This document shows, piece by piece, positions 14,140 through 29,567 of a stretch of DNA of 64,000 bases. A program made the position numbers and the translations under genes. The first letter of the stretch is position 1, and the number at the start of each line of letters is the position of its first letter. The stretch is from Octopus vulgaris. Taxonomy: Eukaryota. The stretch is from positions 195,486,001-195,550,000 of the forward strand of contig OX597814.1 of the NCBI GenBank assembly GCA_951406725.2, given 5' to 3'. The notes under the pieces were generated by a model that was not told the origin of the DNA, made no database searches, and worked only from the letters and a program-made list of their open reading frames with translations.

Positions 14140-14198
<59 letters not shown>

Positions 14199-14521
14199 GC
14201 ACAGTTAAAGTGTGTCTATATGTGTGTAAGTAAGTGTCTTTCACTGATGTATAGCGGCAAGGGACATAAACAACTGTGAGAATATCGTAAAAAAAAAATT
14301 CCCGGTATTTTACGAACGATGACTTTTGAGGTGTTTATTCTGCATAGAATTCCAGACGCTCTTGTTTCTGTGACAATCATAAATGCAGTGAACCATTGAT
14401 TGGCCAGCTGGAAACCTGTAACCAGCATCGCTATTATTCACTAATTGCGGTATAAAGGCGTATATACAGCTATACATGCTTGCATACATATATACACGAA
14501 AAATGTAATACAATATAATAC

Positions 14522-14644
<123 letters not shown>

Positions 14645-14696
14645 ATCTATATATATATATATATATGATTCCAGGTGCCTACAAGTCTTTTATATG

Positions 14697-14737
<41 letters not shown>

Positions 14738-14792
14738 GATAGATAGATATATACATATATATACATATATATATGCATATGTATGTATACAC

Positions 14793-14833
<41 letters not shown>

Positions 14834-14835
14834 AA

Positions 14836-14882
<47 letters not shown>

Positions 14883-14960
14883 TCTATATATACATTTATA
14901 TTCATACCTATGTATATTTACATGTATACATATATATACATACATACATCTCTCTCTCCC

Positions 14961-15021
<61 letters not shown>

Positions 15022-15559
15022 GATACACACACACATACGTACATGCACACACGCATACACAAAAGCACACACACACATTTCTTTGATCGTGCAGACGTAT
15101 GGCAAATAGGCAATCGGTTGAATAACTAAATGCAAATCACAGATCTCTTGCTGCAGATATACAGATATACAATATATATTGGCGTTTATTCTCTGTCTGG
15201 TTTTCGCTATCATTGTGTTTACAAGTTTACTTGCATGTGGACTAATATGGGCCAGCCACATCATGTGGTGTATTTATAACCCATAACTAAAATATTGACA
15301 TCAAACACTACATTTTTATTATATGTATCTGTTTAATAGGCGAAAGTTAGTACTGAGTCGTTTTCAAACACCTCTTTTGATATATTTAAATAGTTAATGA
15401 CTTTGACGGCGACGAGTTGATATCATTATCACCATGATCGTACAATATGGTAGCAAGATTTTGGTTTTTGCTGCTGAGTAGCATATTTTCTAGCTCTCAC
15501 ATGTACAGGCACATATACTGCGGTCATCATATATATCTATACACACACACACAGACACA

Positions 15560-15608
<49 letters not shown>

Positions 15609-15799
15609 ACACTGCCTTGGAATTTTTATCTCATTCTGTCAATTTATATATACATATATGCATGCTAATACACGACCCACGTTGGACTTCTCATCGTATC
15701 ATTATTGGGCCTGGAGCTTAAACATGGTGTATCCATAGCACTTACTTAGCTCGTTTACCCGATATCTTCTGGGTCTTCCAACACCAATACCTTTCACCG

Positions 15800-15836
<37 letters not shown>

Positions 15837-15842
15837 ACACAC

Positions 15843-15985
15843 TGCTTTCAGTTTCCGTCTACCCTATCCACTCACAAGGCTTTGATCGGCCCGAGGCTAT
15901 AGTAGGAGACACTCGCCCAAGGCTCCACGCAGTGGGACTGAACCTGTAATCATGTGGCTGGTAGGCAAGCTACTTACCACATAGC
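15843..15985 (-). mobile_element. SINE family B, 5' part
   Basis: Family B match. Confidence 0.8.
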
Positions 15986-16010
15986 CATATATATATAGTG
16001 TTTGTGTGTG

Positions 16011-16060
<50 letters not shown>

Positions 16061-16201
16061 GTTAAGAGGGATGACCACTAAAGTGGACACCCTACATGCT
16101 AAGTATATAATTTTGTATGTAACACAATTTTTAATCTTCGGATTTTTAAATATGCTAAGCCACTGGGTTTTATTGATTAACATAAATTTCTACTCTTATT
16201 A

Positions 16202-16238
<37 letters not shown>

Positions 16239-16494
16239 ATAATTACACGATAAATTAATGAATTTTATCAGTGGCCAGCATACTAAAGCCTTTTAGGTAA
16301 TATACATATATAGAGATATATAATTGTATAGGGTACAATTATACTTAAGGACACAAGCTACCCTGCCTATATGCTGAAAGAAGACGCCAAATTCGTCCCA
16401 CCACTTTAAATGTTCACTCCGCGTATACCCACAATTTGGGGTATAAGCGAGAAAGTAGACTGTCTAAAAATTCATAAAACTGTTCAGTTACTTT

Positions 16495-16546
16495 GGGATT
16501 GATCAATTTCTGGAATTGTTTGATAACTCTTCCTTCATCAGTAAAA
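16495..16546 (-). ncRNA. Hammerhead-ribozyme-like motif (type I)
   Basis: CUGAUGA-A-GGAA..UUCC-A-GAAAUUG-AU-CAAU-C; stem I pairs poorly. Confidence 0.5.
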
Positions 16547-17325
16547 TAAACTAAGCGAAATAAAGGAAAATATTTATATATACCCACAGAAATGCACTCG
16601 CAAAATGCAAGTACATACAAATGTTCACACATATATACGCATCGAATTTTGCAGTCCAACTCAACACGTGTGTATTTGGTCAGAATACTACTATAGCACA
16701 CATATACTACTATATACACACATACATACACGCGCATGCCTACATACAGACATACAAAAGCTTTGCAATTTGCTTGAAACATTGAAATATATGCAAATGA
16801 GATAAATTGCTGAAAATGTCCTTTGAGCAATGCAGTTAAGGAGTTAAAGCAAGGTACGAAAGGCGGTGTCAATGAATGAAGACAAAGAGAAAAAAGCATT
16901 GTACTAGCTTATATAGAGTGTTTAATGAATATAATCAAAGAGTTGTGAGTAATTGTGTTGTTATCAGCAGGCCGATAACACCATAATTCTCCAAACTTTT
17001 TGATCTTTCTTTCTTCTATTTGGAAAGGGGAATTTTTTACCGAAATATTATGGGATCGTAAAGAAAATCAATGAAAGGTAAAACAATTTACTTTTTCTTT
17101 ATTCTCATTCATTGGAATCACCTTATATATTTTACGTCTAGCTTCTCACCAGCATAGCTCAAAGTGCTTTTCAAACATTTATATCTGACACACGCACACG
17201 CGCGCAGACAGACACACACACATGCGTGCGCGTGTGCACACCTACAGACAAGCATACTCTCACACTTCCCTACACACATACACAAACATACAAACACACA
17301 TATATATATATGGATGAATGTAATG

Positions 17326-17377
<52 letters not shown>

Positions 17378-17403
17378 CAACACACATACACACATATATA
17401 TAC

Positions 17404-17439
<36 letters not shown>

Positions 17440-17512
17440 GTGTATGTATGCGTGTTTGTGTGTGTGTATATATATATATCTGTCCATCTATGTATCTGTA
17501 TGTCTGTCTGTC

Positions 17513-17544
<32 letters not shown>

Positions 17545-17579
17545 CCTCTCTATATATATATACATATATATATATAAAA

Positions 17580-17651
<72 letters not shown>

Positions 17652-17678
17652 GTGTATGTGTGTGTGTGTGTGTGCGTT

Positions 17679-17714
<36 letters not shown>

Positions 17715-18504
17715 AACGCACACACACACACATACACAGATATATATATATATATGTCACTTTTTGTGTTTTTTCTATTTTCCTAGAACGGCTGAAGTTC
17801 TGTATTTCTTTGATTATTTCTTTTTTCTACTCAAAGCTTTCTTTTTTTTATTGCCGCCTTCACGATTGCTAGCTGTATGTTCACAAAACACTCCACTCTG
17901 TACTTTTAGTATCAATGCATTATCATTATTTTTTCTTTTTTTCCTTCCTTAATATCGAATAAAATAACCTCCAATACAGAACCACATCAACAGTGTCAAC
18001 AAAGGCTATGATTTCTGCAATAACAATCAGTTCATAAGAAAAAAGGTGCTGACTGTTGGCCACCAGATTCGATAGGAAATCATTGAACATAGTTTTTACA
18101 AAACAATGTGATCAGCGACCCCAACCTAACATTATAAACACAGAAGCACAATCATCTCCTTTTCTCTTCCACCTCTTCTTTCACTCGATCGATCTCTCTG
18201 TCTCTCTATGTCCCTCTCTCTGTTTCTCTCTATAACTCTCTCTCTATCTCTGTTACTCTATCTCATACATCTTAAGATATAAATAGTGATACCGAAATAA
18301 TTGTATGAATAATTATATACAGTGGCACATGTATTGCTTGCGCATGTGTATATATTTGTGCAGGTATATGCACGGAAATATGTATATAATTATGCGCAGG
18401 CATATATATATGTGTGTACATATATATATATACATATATATATATGTATGTATGTACCTACATCCACACACAAACACATATATGTATGTACACGCACATA
18501 TATA

Positions 18505-18557
<53 letters not shown>

Positions 18558-18673
18558 AATAGGACTGTATCTCAGATATAAAGCAAAATACATCTTGAAA
18601 CGTTTTACGTACGACTCCCCTATTTATTGATTTATGTATTTGATGTATATATACATATATTTTACATACACTC

Positions 18674-18765
<92 letters not shown>

Positions 18766-19213
18766 ATATCTATCTATCTATTTACATTATCGTTGGATTT
18801 AAGAAGGAATGGTCAGGGAGTGTTCTTTTTTTGTCGGTGTTAGTATCAATCTTTAATAGCTCTTATCTAATTAATAAGAGTAAGAAGAACAAAATCCAAA
18901 GAGAGAGAGACCTCTCCGTGCAGTTTGACTTGCTACAAGTAGCAGCCAAATTTGCCTCACGTTATCATCTGGAAGAATATATTAAAAAAGGTGTTTTAAA
19001 ACACAGCAATCCTATAAACAAGACCAGGAGGGCCTGAGTCACCTAGGAGTAAACAATAGCAACACCAAACAGCGTTGAATTGTGCTAAGTGAAATACAAC
19101 GAGGTTATAGGTGCGGCTAAAAGTAACCGCCATATCTTCCTCAAATCACTTCCTACCATTACAAAAAAATACGAAAGACCGTATTAGATAACGTAGTCTT
19201 TTATCCTCTAGTT

Positions 19214-19859
19214 CAGTGTTTTCCAATCTTTTTTTTCGGTGCCCCACTTTTTAATAAGAAATTTTCCGCTGCCCCACTTTTTATTAACAGATTTTCCAAT
19301 GTCTTACCTTTTAATAACAAAAACTCTGGCGCCCATCAACATTGTTTTATTAATATAGAAACACTATTTTTAATTCAATTACCTGGCTGACGGATACCTC
19401 AACTCATTTAGTGAGAACCCTGTGCTTGGTGCATACGGCACAGATCCTTGATTTGTGGAGACAATTTCGTTAACTTCAGCCGTTAATCATCATGTTTTGT
19501 AATTTCAAGCCGGTTTCTTTTGGCTTCCAGCAAATTGTCAACTGCACTGAATCCGCATTCGACCAAATAAGACAAAGGAACATGAATCAATAATTCTCTT
19601 GGACACTAGATATTGAAAGCGAGAAACAAACGCCTAACAAATGCAGATACCTCACTTGGTACGCTGATTGGTCGTAGCTACCTCGATTCCCATGGTTTTA
19701 AGTATAAATATTGCATGGCCCAAAGATAGGCTTAGGGTTGACAAGTGTGCACTGAAGTCACTTGCAAAAATTTTCACAGCCTACGCTAACGCATGCCTCA
19801 CTCCAATTTTCCCACATCCCACCCCGGTAGGGTATACACCCCCACGTTGGGAAACACTG
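19214..19859 (-). mobile_element. Non-autonomous hAT (Buster/Charlie-like) element
   Basis: TIRs CAGTGTTTTCCAA / TTGGGAAACACTG, flanks TCTAGTT / CCTAGTT; internal transposase C-terminus SYLVECGFSAV..KRNRLEI..HQAQGSH* (about 19408-19600). Confidence 0.85.
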
Positions 19860-19874
19860 CCTAGTTATTTCTTT

Positions 19875-20305
19875 TCTTTTAATTGTTTCAGTGATTTGAC
19901 TGTGGCCATGCTAGAGCACCACCTCGAGGGGTTTAAGTCGAACCACTTGATTTAATACTAATACTGGTTTCAGATTTTGGCATAAGACAAAACGCAATAC
20001 TTACGCTTTTTAATGTTAAGTACTTTGTATGTCTCTTTTGCCGAACTGTTATATTACGGGGACACAAATAAACTAACACCGGTTATGAAGCTGAAAGAAC
20101 AAACGCAAGCTCAAACACACAAAAACACACACACATACGACAGGTTTCCATACAGTTTCCGTTTAATAATTTTCCTCACAAGACATTGGTCTGTCGTAGA
20201 CTGTAATAGAAGGCGCTGTAGTTACCCAAGGTGCCGCGTTGTGGGGTTGAACTGGAAAACATGTGGCTGCAAAGCAACCTGCTTAACCACACGGCCATGA
20301 CTGCG
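19875..20305 (-). mobile_element. SINE family B, diverged
   Basis: TGTTTCAGT..TTTGACTGTGGCCATGCT, TCTCTTTTGCCGAAC, CCCAAGGTGCCGCG motifs. Confidence 0.7.
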
Positions 20306-20857
20306 ATAGAAACCAAAATCAGAAACAAAGCAGCGCTTTTGATCACAGGTCTATACCAGGAAGACTTACCTGGAGTTAAACAAAAGAACAATATATACTT
20401 CTTTAGTCAATAACAAGACAAACGCAGTTATCGTCTCCGAGGAATTGCTTCACGAAACAGTTTACTATCCAAACAGACATTTCATTTTGAAGAAATTCGT
20501 ATCTCAAGAGAATTTCAAGATCAACTTTCAATATCGTCTGTCATTAGAAGAATTATTAGAATACATTCAGATACCACATACAAAAGTCTAAAGCTTCTGG
20601 TTGGTTATTTTATGGCTGAATCTTGTATAAATTACCAGTATTTCCTTAACAGGAAATATATAAATATATATATTTACGTGTGTGTGTGTTCGCCTGTGCG
20701 TATGTATATCATCAGTAGTTAATATATCCGAAAAAGAAGCACATTATAAAACATTAGAGCTATAATGTATTTAGAAGTTTGTTATCGCCGGTGAGAGAGG
20801 AGCATTGGTTTCGCACCAATAAAGCGCTTAGCTATATAGGCGACTTGCCAGACTCAA

Positions 20858-21200
<343 letters not shown>

Positions 21201-21489
21201 ATTGTTATGTAAAGTTATATAGAAAAACAATTTAACATTAAACTCAAGGAACATTTAGTACTTTGCAGTAGAGTACCATATTTAATAATTTTAACTGGGA
21301 AAAGATTGATAGTGACTTCAACATTTGGGCTCACTCGCAATCATCTCAGATAGCTGAAATTTCGAAGTCGCTGTTAGTGTTTTCTATGCTAAAGTCATTA
21401 TGGTATATATATATAATAAATAATAACTAATATATAATGCATGTATATGTAGATATATAATAAACAATAAATAATATATATAAATGTTT

Positions 21490-21938
21490 ATATGGGTACA
21501 GGATGTCACCAACGGTGAAAATAACATGAGATATGTAATAAAAGCGAGTTAAATACGTAAACAACGAGAAAAAATGGAAAACAGGACAATTAAATACAGA
21601 CAAAGGACCCTTCATCAGTTGTCGGCTGTCTATCTACTCCTCATTTCGAGCATTCAGTGACAGTATGAGTCTTCAAAGACAGTTGCTCCCATAAATTTCA
21701 AAATAAAATTTATGATTTAGGGAGGGTCAAAGTTGGGAACAAAAACATGGCAGTGGAGATATACAAGGAAACCGAACGAAAGCAAAACTGGAAGGTAGTT
21801 AGACCAGATGGAGAGGAAAATAGCGAACGCTGGGAGTAACATATTTTTTTGAAAAGAAAAGATAAAACATACGTCCGTGCCGGAAAAGAAAGATAGTTAC
21901 GTGAGGAAATGAAAGATGGAAGATGGTCACGTGTGAGC

Positions 21939-21977
<39 letters not shown>

Positions 21978-22135
21978 AGAAAGAGGGGAGAGGGAAAGAT
22001 AAAAACGGTGATGGACGGAGAGGGAGGAAAAAGGAATTAGGGAAGGATGGAGGAAGAAAACAGTATAGAGTAGAGGGTGGCATCAAAAAATTGAAGATAA
22101 ACTTACTTGGAAATGGATGTGTCGTGTTCAATTAA
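21490..22135 (-). mobile_element. Probable Penelope-like 3'/pLTR remnant
   Basis: Pyrimidine-rich tract on the minus strand, then CUGAUGA-A-GGGU..ACCC at 21618-21494 with a degenerate GAAA. Confidence 0.35.
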
Positions 22136-22286
22136 ATAACATGAGACACGGTGCAAATAACACGAGATAGGTAAACAAACCAGTTAAATGCGTACATATA
22201 CATGCTTACATACATACATGCATATATACATACATACATACATACATACATACATACATACATACATACATACATACATACATACA

Positions 22287-22320
<34 letters not shown>

Positions 22321-22994
22321 CATACATACATAAATGCATGCATATAAACATCCATCGACAGGTACACACATATACATAGAGAACATCGATTTTCTCGAAC
22401 TTTTGCATTGAAAACCTTTCCGGATTACTGATTTTTCCGAACCAGGCTGGTCACCTTCATCAACACACTCTAAATTCAACAAATTTAAAATGTATTTAAA
22501 TAATTAAATGAAATACAAGTACATGCACATTAGTATAAATAATACAAGTTTATTAATAATGTACAGTGCGAAATATTAGTCTGTGCAAGACCTTCAGTGA
22601 ATTAGTCTAGCAACTGCGGGTATTTGAAGTTCTTTCTGGTAAATCAGTGCAGATTATAAGAGGTTCCTGAATATTAATCTCCGTAAAGTTGGTGTTGTAC
22701 TTGTAGAGTCTTTTAGCCCGGAGGGAAAGCCCTGGACAGAAAGAACGTGTTTCTCGAACCTGCTCAAATACTCACAACATATTTGTGTTCTCCATAGGGA
22801 CTCAAAGTGCCAGGTGATGAATTTAAGATGGGGGACGGATTCACTCTACCACCCTTGTAAATCATGGTGGAATTTGGACTCAGAACACAAAAGGACCGAA
22901 CTAATATAGCAAGGTATCTGGTTCGATATTCTTACAGTTTCGCTAATCCATCGCCCAGGACTATTACTTTTGTTATCGACCTCGAGAGAATGAA

Positions 22995-23680
22995 AGGCCC
23001 GTATGTGATGCTGAAGTAGAACGATTTGAAACCGAACGCTGGAGACTGCATGAAGAGAAGCGGAGACGTCACTATCAATACTCTAAGGATGATATCCGGG
23101 GTCGCTTTCAGTGCCCTAACTGCTACAGAATCTGTATATCTCATATCAGTCTTGTCAGTTACATCTGCTACCTATTTCTTTACTACCCATAAGGGGCTAA
23201 ACACAGAGAGGACAAACAAGGACAGAAAAACGGATTAAATCGATTATATCGACCCCAGTGCGTAACTGGTACTTAATTTATCGACCCCGAAAGGATGAAA
23301 GGCAAAGTCGACCTCGGCGGAATTTGAACTCACAACGTAACGGCAGACGAAATACTTATTTCTTTACTACTCACAGGGGTCTAAACACAGAGAGGACAAA
23401 CAAGGACAGAAAAACGGATTAAGTCGATTATATCGACCCCAGTGCGTAACTGGTACTTAATTTATCGACCCCGAAAGGATGAAAGGCAAGGTCGACCTTG
23501 GTGGAATTTTAACTCAGAACGTAAGGGCGGACGAAATACGGCTACGCATTTCGCCCGGCGTGCTAACGTTTGTACCATCTCACCGCCCTCAGTCACATCT
23601 GCTACCATGAATGACAATGTGCCAGAAAGGGAGAAACATGGATGTTGTTGATCGACGCTGTCGTTACCTTTGATGGGGCC
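22995..23680 (+). mobile_element. RTE-like LINE 3' end (C-terminal zinc knuckle), split by a SINE multimer
   Basis: FETERWRLHEEKRRR..FQCPNCYRICISHISLVS.I..H resembles the RTE ORF2 end (CxxC..SRIGLxSHxRxH); second copy at 38390-38620 (-). Confidence 0.65.
23173..23589 (-). mobile_element. Tandem family A SINE dimer with a single TSD
   Basis: Two units; 17-bp TSD CAGT(T/C)ACATCTGCTACC at 23156-23172 and 23590-23606. Confidence 0.9.
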
Positions 23681-24130
23681 CAGTATTTGAACTCAAATCA
23701 AACATAGCCGGAACGGTTACCGCTCGGCATTTTATCCAAGGTGTAAGAGCCACTGCCAAATTCACTGCCTCACACTACATATCTGAAGAATAAGACACTT
23801 ACTGCCGGTAAGTTGATTTGATTTATAAATATGACAGTTATATAATAATTTTCTCGAAGATCACTTGACCAAGGTTTAGTTAATCTTTCAATTATGTGGA
23901 ATATAACGATAGTTACTAAGCAAGAATTGCGAGAGTGAAGCAGTCACAAATAAGCCACTGATTTCGACTCAATTGCTATAATTTAGTAAGAATGGCACAA
24001 GAGGTCTGCAATATAGATTATTACTGACTAACAGTATTGTTTCTCTATAATGTCCGATGCATATACTCGGTTTAATTTGATATTTCAATCTTGGCCATGA
24101 TATATGTATATATGCATCTCTCTCTCTCGT

Positions 24131-24220
<90 letters not shown>

Positions 24221-24315
24221 CACACACACACGCACACACATATATATCTATATATATATATATGATACATGCACACACACACACACGTTAGAGAACTTGG
24301 AACTTTACTGTCTCT

Positions 24316-24345
24316 CTGAAGATGGACTTTATCCGAAATACTGGA
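24316..24345 (+). ncRNA. Hammerhead-like core, partial
   Basis: CUGAAGA-U-GGA-CUUUA-UCC-GAAAU; stem I not evident. Confidence 0.35.
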
Positions 24346-24455
24346 TTTCCCTCTCCTAACGGCAAATTCACTGTATTTTTTTTTTTAGCGATTTTACGAA
24401 ATAAAACAAATTCGGTCGTCGTAGACCAACGTCACTTGCTTTTGGAATCTGCCTG

Positions 24456-24539
<84 letters not shown>

Positions 24540-25033
24540 TTACACGCATGAGTATGCTGTTATAATTCTTAAGGCCAGACCCAACACGTAGATTTTAATG
24601 CTAAGTACATACTTTATAGTTGCTCAGTACCCGTTAAATTCGATACAGCGTATTCTCCTGTCATTTAGCGTAATTCTTCATCTTTCGGCTTCAAGATTTG
24701 CTCTGCATTCTTCATGAATCATTCTCTTTTCTTTCAGTTATTCGTAATTTTTCATATTCTTTTTACCTCGAACTCTACCTCTGTTTCTATTTTTTCCTTT
24801 TCGAATTAATTTCCGGCAACTCTTTCTTTCTGTAATTCACGCTGGACATCGAATTTTCTGGAAAACATTTTCGTCTACTTTTTTTCGGTTCGAAACCATT
24901 TACTTTTTATGTGATTCAGAACTTCGCCAGTTTGATTTGCAATTACTGTTATTCTCGTTCGCTATCAACACTCATATTCTTCGTTGTACACACACACACA
25001 CACACACACACTTATATGTATATGTATATATGT

Positions 25034-25385
<352 letters not shown>

Positions 25386-25962
25386 ACACACACCTATATG
25401 AAAATTGGTTGGGAAGGCTCTAATTTTTTTTTTATATTCGCTTGAAAAACGTTTTATTTCTTAACGTGGGAGGTAAATATTTTTTTTATAACGTATTTAT
25501 ATATAAATATATGAAATTAAAGATACAAAATTATGTTTTCACATAAAAAAAAGTTTTCATATAAAACAATTTTACTGAAAAAATTTCAATACATCTTTCC
25601 ACAAACCGAATTTTATGATAAAAGAAAATTACATTTTACGAAAGAGTTTTCATATAAAAAACTTTTACAGAGTAAATATTAGTGCATGTTTTCACATAAG
25701 AAATTTTATAGAATAAGGAAAATCACATTTTACTAACTGGCTTCTGCTGTTTTGTAGCCTATTAAACTTTAAAGTTCGTTCTTCAATGCAATTTGTAGTC
25801 CGTGTTGTGTAAGAAACACGCAGGATTAATTGTAAATAAAAATGTCGCTTACGTCATTTTCCAGACAAGGAATATAATTGTCCCTTTTGTTTCTCGCTCT
25901 CCTCCTCTTTCTCTCTCTCTACACACGCACATACCCATACACACACGCACACGCATATATAT

Positions 25963-26160
25963 AGGAAGAGTTTACGAAAAAACCAACAAAAGACGAAGAC
26001 AGGTGGCGTACAAAACAAAGAGATGTATTAGTTTAACGCTCGAGAAGTGAAAAAGTCTTTTACGTTTCGGGCCCTACGCTCTTCTGCAGAAAGGGACACA
26101 GAAAACAAGGAGTGAAACAAGGAGAGAAAAAAATGTGTGTAGTGGCTAACGGTCTATCAT
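25963..26160 (-). mobile_element. Short hammerhead-bearing repeat, family E2
   Basis: CUUU-CUGCAGA-A-GAGC-GUAGG-GCCC-GAAAC-GUA-AAAG at 26093-26057. Confidence 0.6.
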
Positions 26161-26169
26161 GATACACAC

Positions 26170-26990
26170 ACTAGCTGAGTATCTCGTAGTTACCGGGTAA
26201 TTTTCAGAATTGGAATGCCTTGGGAGACTTTCGGAATAGCACACCCACATAACTTGGATTTTCTCCGTTTCCGCAAAGATTTTCAAATTTGTTTTTCACA
26301 AAACTTTTACAAATGATGGGGAGAAGCTTTTTGTTACAAAAAAGTTTTGAAAATTTATGAATCCCTCACCCTCCCGGACCGATTTTGTCTAATAATTTCT
26401 TTTCATTTCTTTTTTTTTTTTTTACACAACACAGGAGTGGCTGAGTAGTAAGTAGCTTGCTAACCAACCACATGGTTCTGGGTTCAGTCCCACTGCGTGG
26501 CATCTTGGGCAAGTGTCTTCTGCTATAGCCCCGGGCCGACCAATGCCTTGTGAGTGGATTTGGTAGACGGAAACTGAAAGAAGCCTGTCGTATATATGTA
26601 TATATATGTATATATGTGTATGTGTGTGTGTTTGTCCCCCTAGCATTGCTTGACAATCGATGCTGGTGTGTTTACGTCCCCGTCACTTAGCGGTTCGGCA
26701 AAAGAGATCGATAGAATAAATACTGGGCTTACAAAGAATAAGTCCCGGGGTCGATTTGCTCGACTAAAGGGCGGTGCTCCAGCATGGCCGCAGTCAAATG
26801 ACTGAAACAAGTAAAAGAGTAAAGAGTAAAGAGTAACACACTTCAAAATAATGGGCACGTCTTCACGATAAAAAAAATTAATATATGTATTTTTCAAGCC
26901 CTCCTCCCTTTTCCACCCCGTTCCGATTTTTGGCTACCTTTTTTTTACACTACTCACTTAAAACGACAGAAGAAGCGTTGAAAGCTAAAA
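26170..26990 (-). mobile_element. Probable Helitron-like element interrupted by a family B SINE
   Basis: Minus-strand 3' end: CCCGGTAACTACGAG hairpin-like sequence then CAGCTAGT; 5' boundary uncertain. Confidence 0.4.
26431..26835 (+). mobile_element. SINE family B
   Basis: Near full length, ending in a (GAGTAAA)n tail. Confidence 0.9.
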
Positions 26991-27398
26991 AAAAAAAAAA
27001 ATGTTGGAAATCAGCAATTGCCATTACAATCCCTACATCGTTTATTTTCAAGTAGAGAATGAAATGAAATGTAATTTAAAAATAATAGTGAATTTTTTGT
27101 TTCATTACCTCATCCCCATAAATCCCAACATTTCGGCTTTATATTCGAAATTTGTTTTTAATCACAGTTTTAAATTACGGAGAGTCCAAATCTGCGTTTG
27201 GTTTCTGTTTATAATATACCTTCAAATTAATTTTCAGACGAAAGGGTGTGTTATTTAAAGGAGATTTAGCTGTTGTTTCCAGCACATGCCACAACCACCT
27301 TGTATCTTTCCCGGTTTTGTGTCACTCTGATATATATTGATGTTTTTCTTTTTTTCTCCCCATACACATATTTTATGAAGTGATGATGGAGTAGTTCA

Positions 27399-27781
27399 TT
27401 TCTTTGCCAATATACTGAAAAATAGACACTAAATCGTCTAACCACATAAAATATTTCCACTTGTATTATTACACCACGTACCGAAACGAGGAAAAGAAAC
27501 TAACAGAATTCATAATGATATAGTTATCACCAAATAAGTTCCAATTTCTGGATTAATCCCTAAAAGATTTTTACTTCATCAGCAAAGAACACAAAAAGAA
27601 AATAAATGAAATACTTTTGGGATTAATCTAGAAATCGGAACCAATTTGGTGATAACTATAGCATTATGAATTTCTGTTAGCTTGATTTCCTCGTTTCAGT
27701 ATGTGGTGTAATAATACAAGTGGAAATATTTTATGTGGTTAGACTATTCAACGTTTATTTTTCAGCGATGTGGCAAAGAAA
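27399..27781. repeat. ~170-bp inverted duplication with a hammerhead-like core near the axis
   Basis: Arms 27399-27571 and 27609-27781; minus-strand CUGAUGAAG at 27582..UCCAGAAAUUG. Confidence 0.85.
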
Positions 27782-27811
27782 ATTTTTTCTTATTACCCTT
27801 ATTTATATGTG

Positions 27812-27936
<125 letters not shown>

Positions 27937-28133
27937 GGAGTGGCTATGTGGTAAGAAGCTTGCTAAGCTCGCAGGAGTGGGTGTGTGGTAAGAAGCTTGC
28001 TAACCAACCACATGGTTCCGGGTTCAGTCCCACTGCGTGGCATCTTGGGCGAGTGTCTTCTGCTATAGCCCCGGGCCGACCAATGCCTTGTGAGTGGATT
28101 TGGTAGACGGAAACTGAAAGAAGCCCGTCGTAC

Positions 28134-28165
<32 letters not shown>

Positions 28166-28395
28166 GCGTGTGTGTGTTTGTGTGTCTGTGTTTGTCCCCC
28201 TAGCATTGCTTGACAACCGATGCTGGTGTGTTTATGTCCCCGTTACTTAGCGGTTCGGCAAAAGGGACCGATAAAATAAGTACTGGGCTTACAAAAAAAA
28301 AGTCCCGGGGTCGAGTTGCTCGATTAAAGGCGGTGCTCCAGCATGGCCGCAGTCAAATGACTGAAACAAGTAAAAGAGTAAAAGAGTAAAGAGTA
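27937..28395 (+). mobile_element. SINE family B with duplicated head
   Basis: GGAGTGG..TGTGGTAAGAAGCTTGCTAA occurs twice, followed by the full body and tail. Confidence 0.9.
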
Positions 28396-28605
28396 TAGTT
28401 AATCCAAACATGAAAGCACAAAAAAACACAACAACGCGAGGACGTGGAACAAATATAGTATTATTGGACGCTCAGGAAAGAAAGAAAGTAGGAGGGTTTA
28501 ACGTTTCGAGCGGAGTTCTTCGTCGGAAACATAGGAGAAGGAAAGATCCAGAGAAGGGAAGACAGAGGAAAAAAATCGCCAACGGTACACACGCGGTCAC
28601 ATTTT
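28396..28605 (-). mobile_element. Short hammerhead-bearing repeat, family E1
   Basis: GUUU-CCGACGA-A-GAAC-UCC-GCUC-GAAAC-GUU-AAAC; homologs at 33084-33285 and 41171-41303. Confidence 0.6.
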
Positions 28606-28978
28606 GAATATATATATATTGGGAGGAAAAGAAAATGGAGAAATAATGGATGTATGAATAATTTATTTGTGTGTTTTAAAATGATGAAAACATAACAGTA
28701 CAAATAAATTGATTACAAAAAATAAAGGAACCTACATATATATTTCAGTCCTATCACCTAATTGATAAAAATTTCTTAGCATTTGGTTAGATGCTCAGAA
28801 AGATATCATATTCTAACTGTATGGTGGTAGGACTTCTTCAGAGTTAATGCTTAGCTCAACGAACTTAGGCAATCATTTTTCTTTTGAAGGATGCGCACAA
28901 AGTATTAGTGGGTTAAAGATGTTAAAAGCTATATATATAGTAAAAGTATCTAAATGATGGGTTCTATATGTATATATA

Positions 28979-29213
28979 TTGGGTTGGTGCATAATTATTG
29001 CGGCTTTTTTCAACAAATTTTATTCAACAAAAGCAATAACAGTATTTAACAAAAATATCTGACCGTCTGCCAAGCAAATGGGAAGCAGTAATTGAAGTAG
29101 ATGGTGAATATGCTTCGGAATAATCATTTAAAGATGTTTTTGTTATATGTTGTTATTGTTCTTGCTGAATAAAATTTGTTGAAAAAAGCCGCAATAATTA
29201 TGCACCAACCCAA
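28979..29213 (+). mobile_element. Mariner deletion derivative (MITE)
   Basis: ~60-bp TIRs TTGGGTTGGTGCATAATTATTGCGGC, TA flanks; internal DRLPSKWEAVIEVDGEY..* matches a mariner transposase C-terminus. Confidence 0.9.
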
Positions 29214-29225
29214 TATATATATGTA

Positions 29226-29567
29226 TGCTGGACCACCACCTTTAGACGAGCAAATCGACCCCAGAGCTTATTCTGTGTAAGCCTAGTACTTATTCTATCG
29301 GTTCTTTTGTCGAACCGCTAAGTTACGGGGACGTAAACACACCAGCATCGGTTGTCAAGCAATGTTGGGGGGACAAACACAGACGCACAAACATACACAC
29401 ACACATATATATACATATACGACGGGCTTCTTCCAGTTTTCGTCTACCAAATCCACTCACAAGGCTTTGGTCGGCCCGAGGCTATAGTAGAAGACAACTT
29501 GCAGTGGGACTGAACCCATGACCATGTGGTTGGTAAGCAAGCTACTTACCACACAGCCACTCCTGCA

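Noticed and set aside
20400-20620. Unique sequence with open frames (also 22560-22780, 30250-30490, 37900-38200)
   Set aside because: No recognisable protein motif or convincing splice-site pair
24640-24900. Purine-rich minus-strand coiled-coil-like frame (possible LINE ORF1)
   Set aside because: Multiple stops and no diagnostic motif
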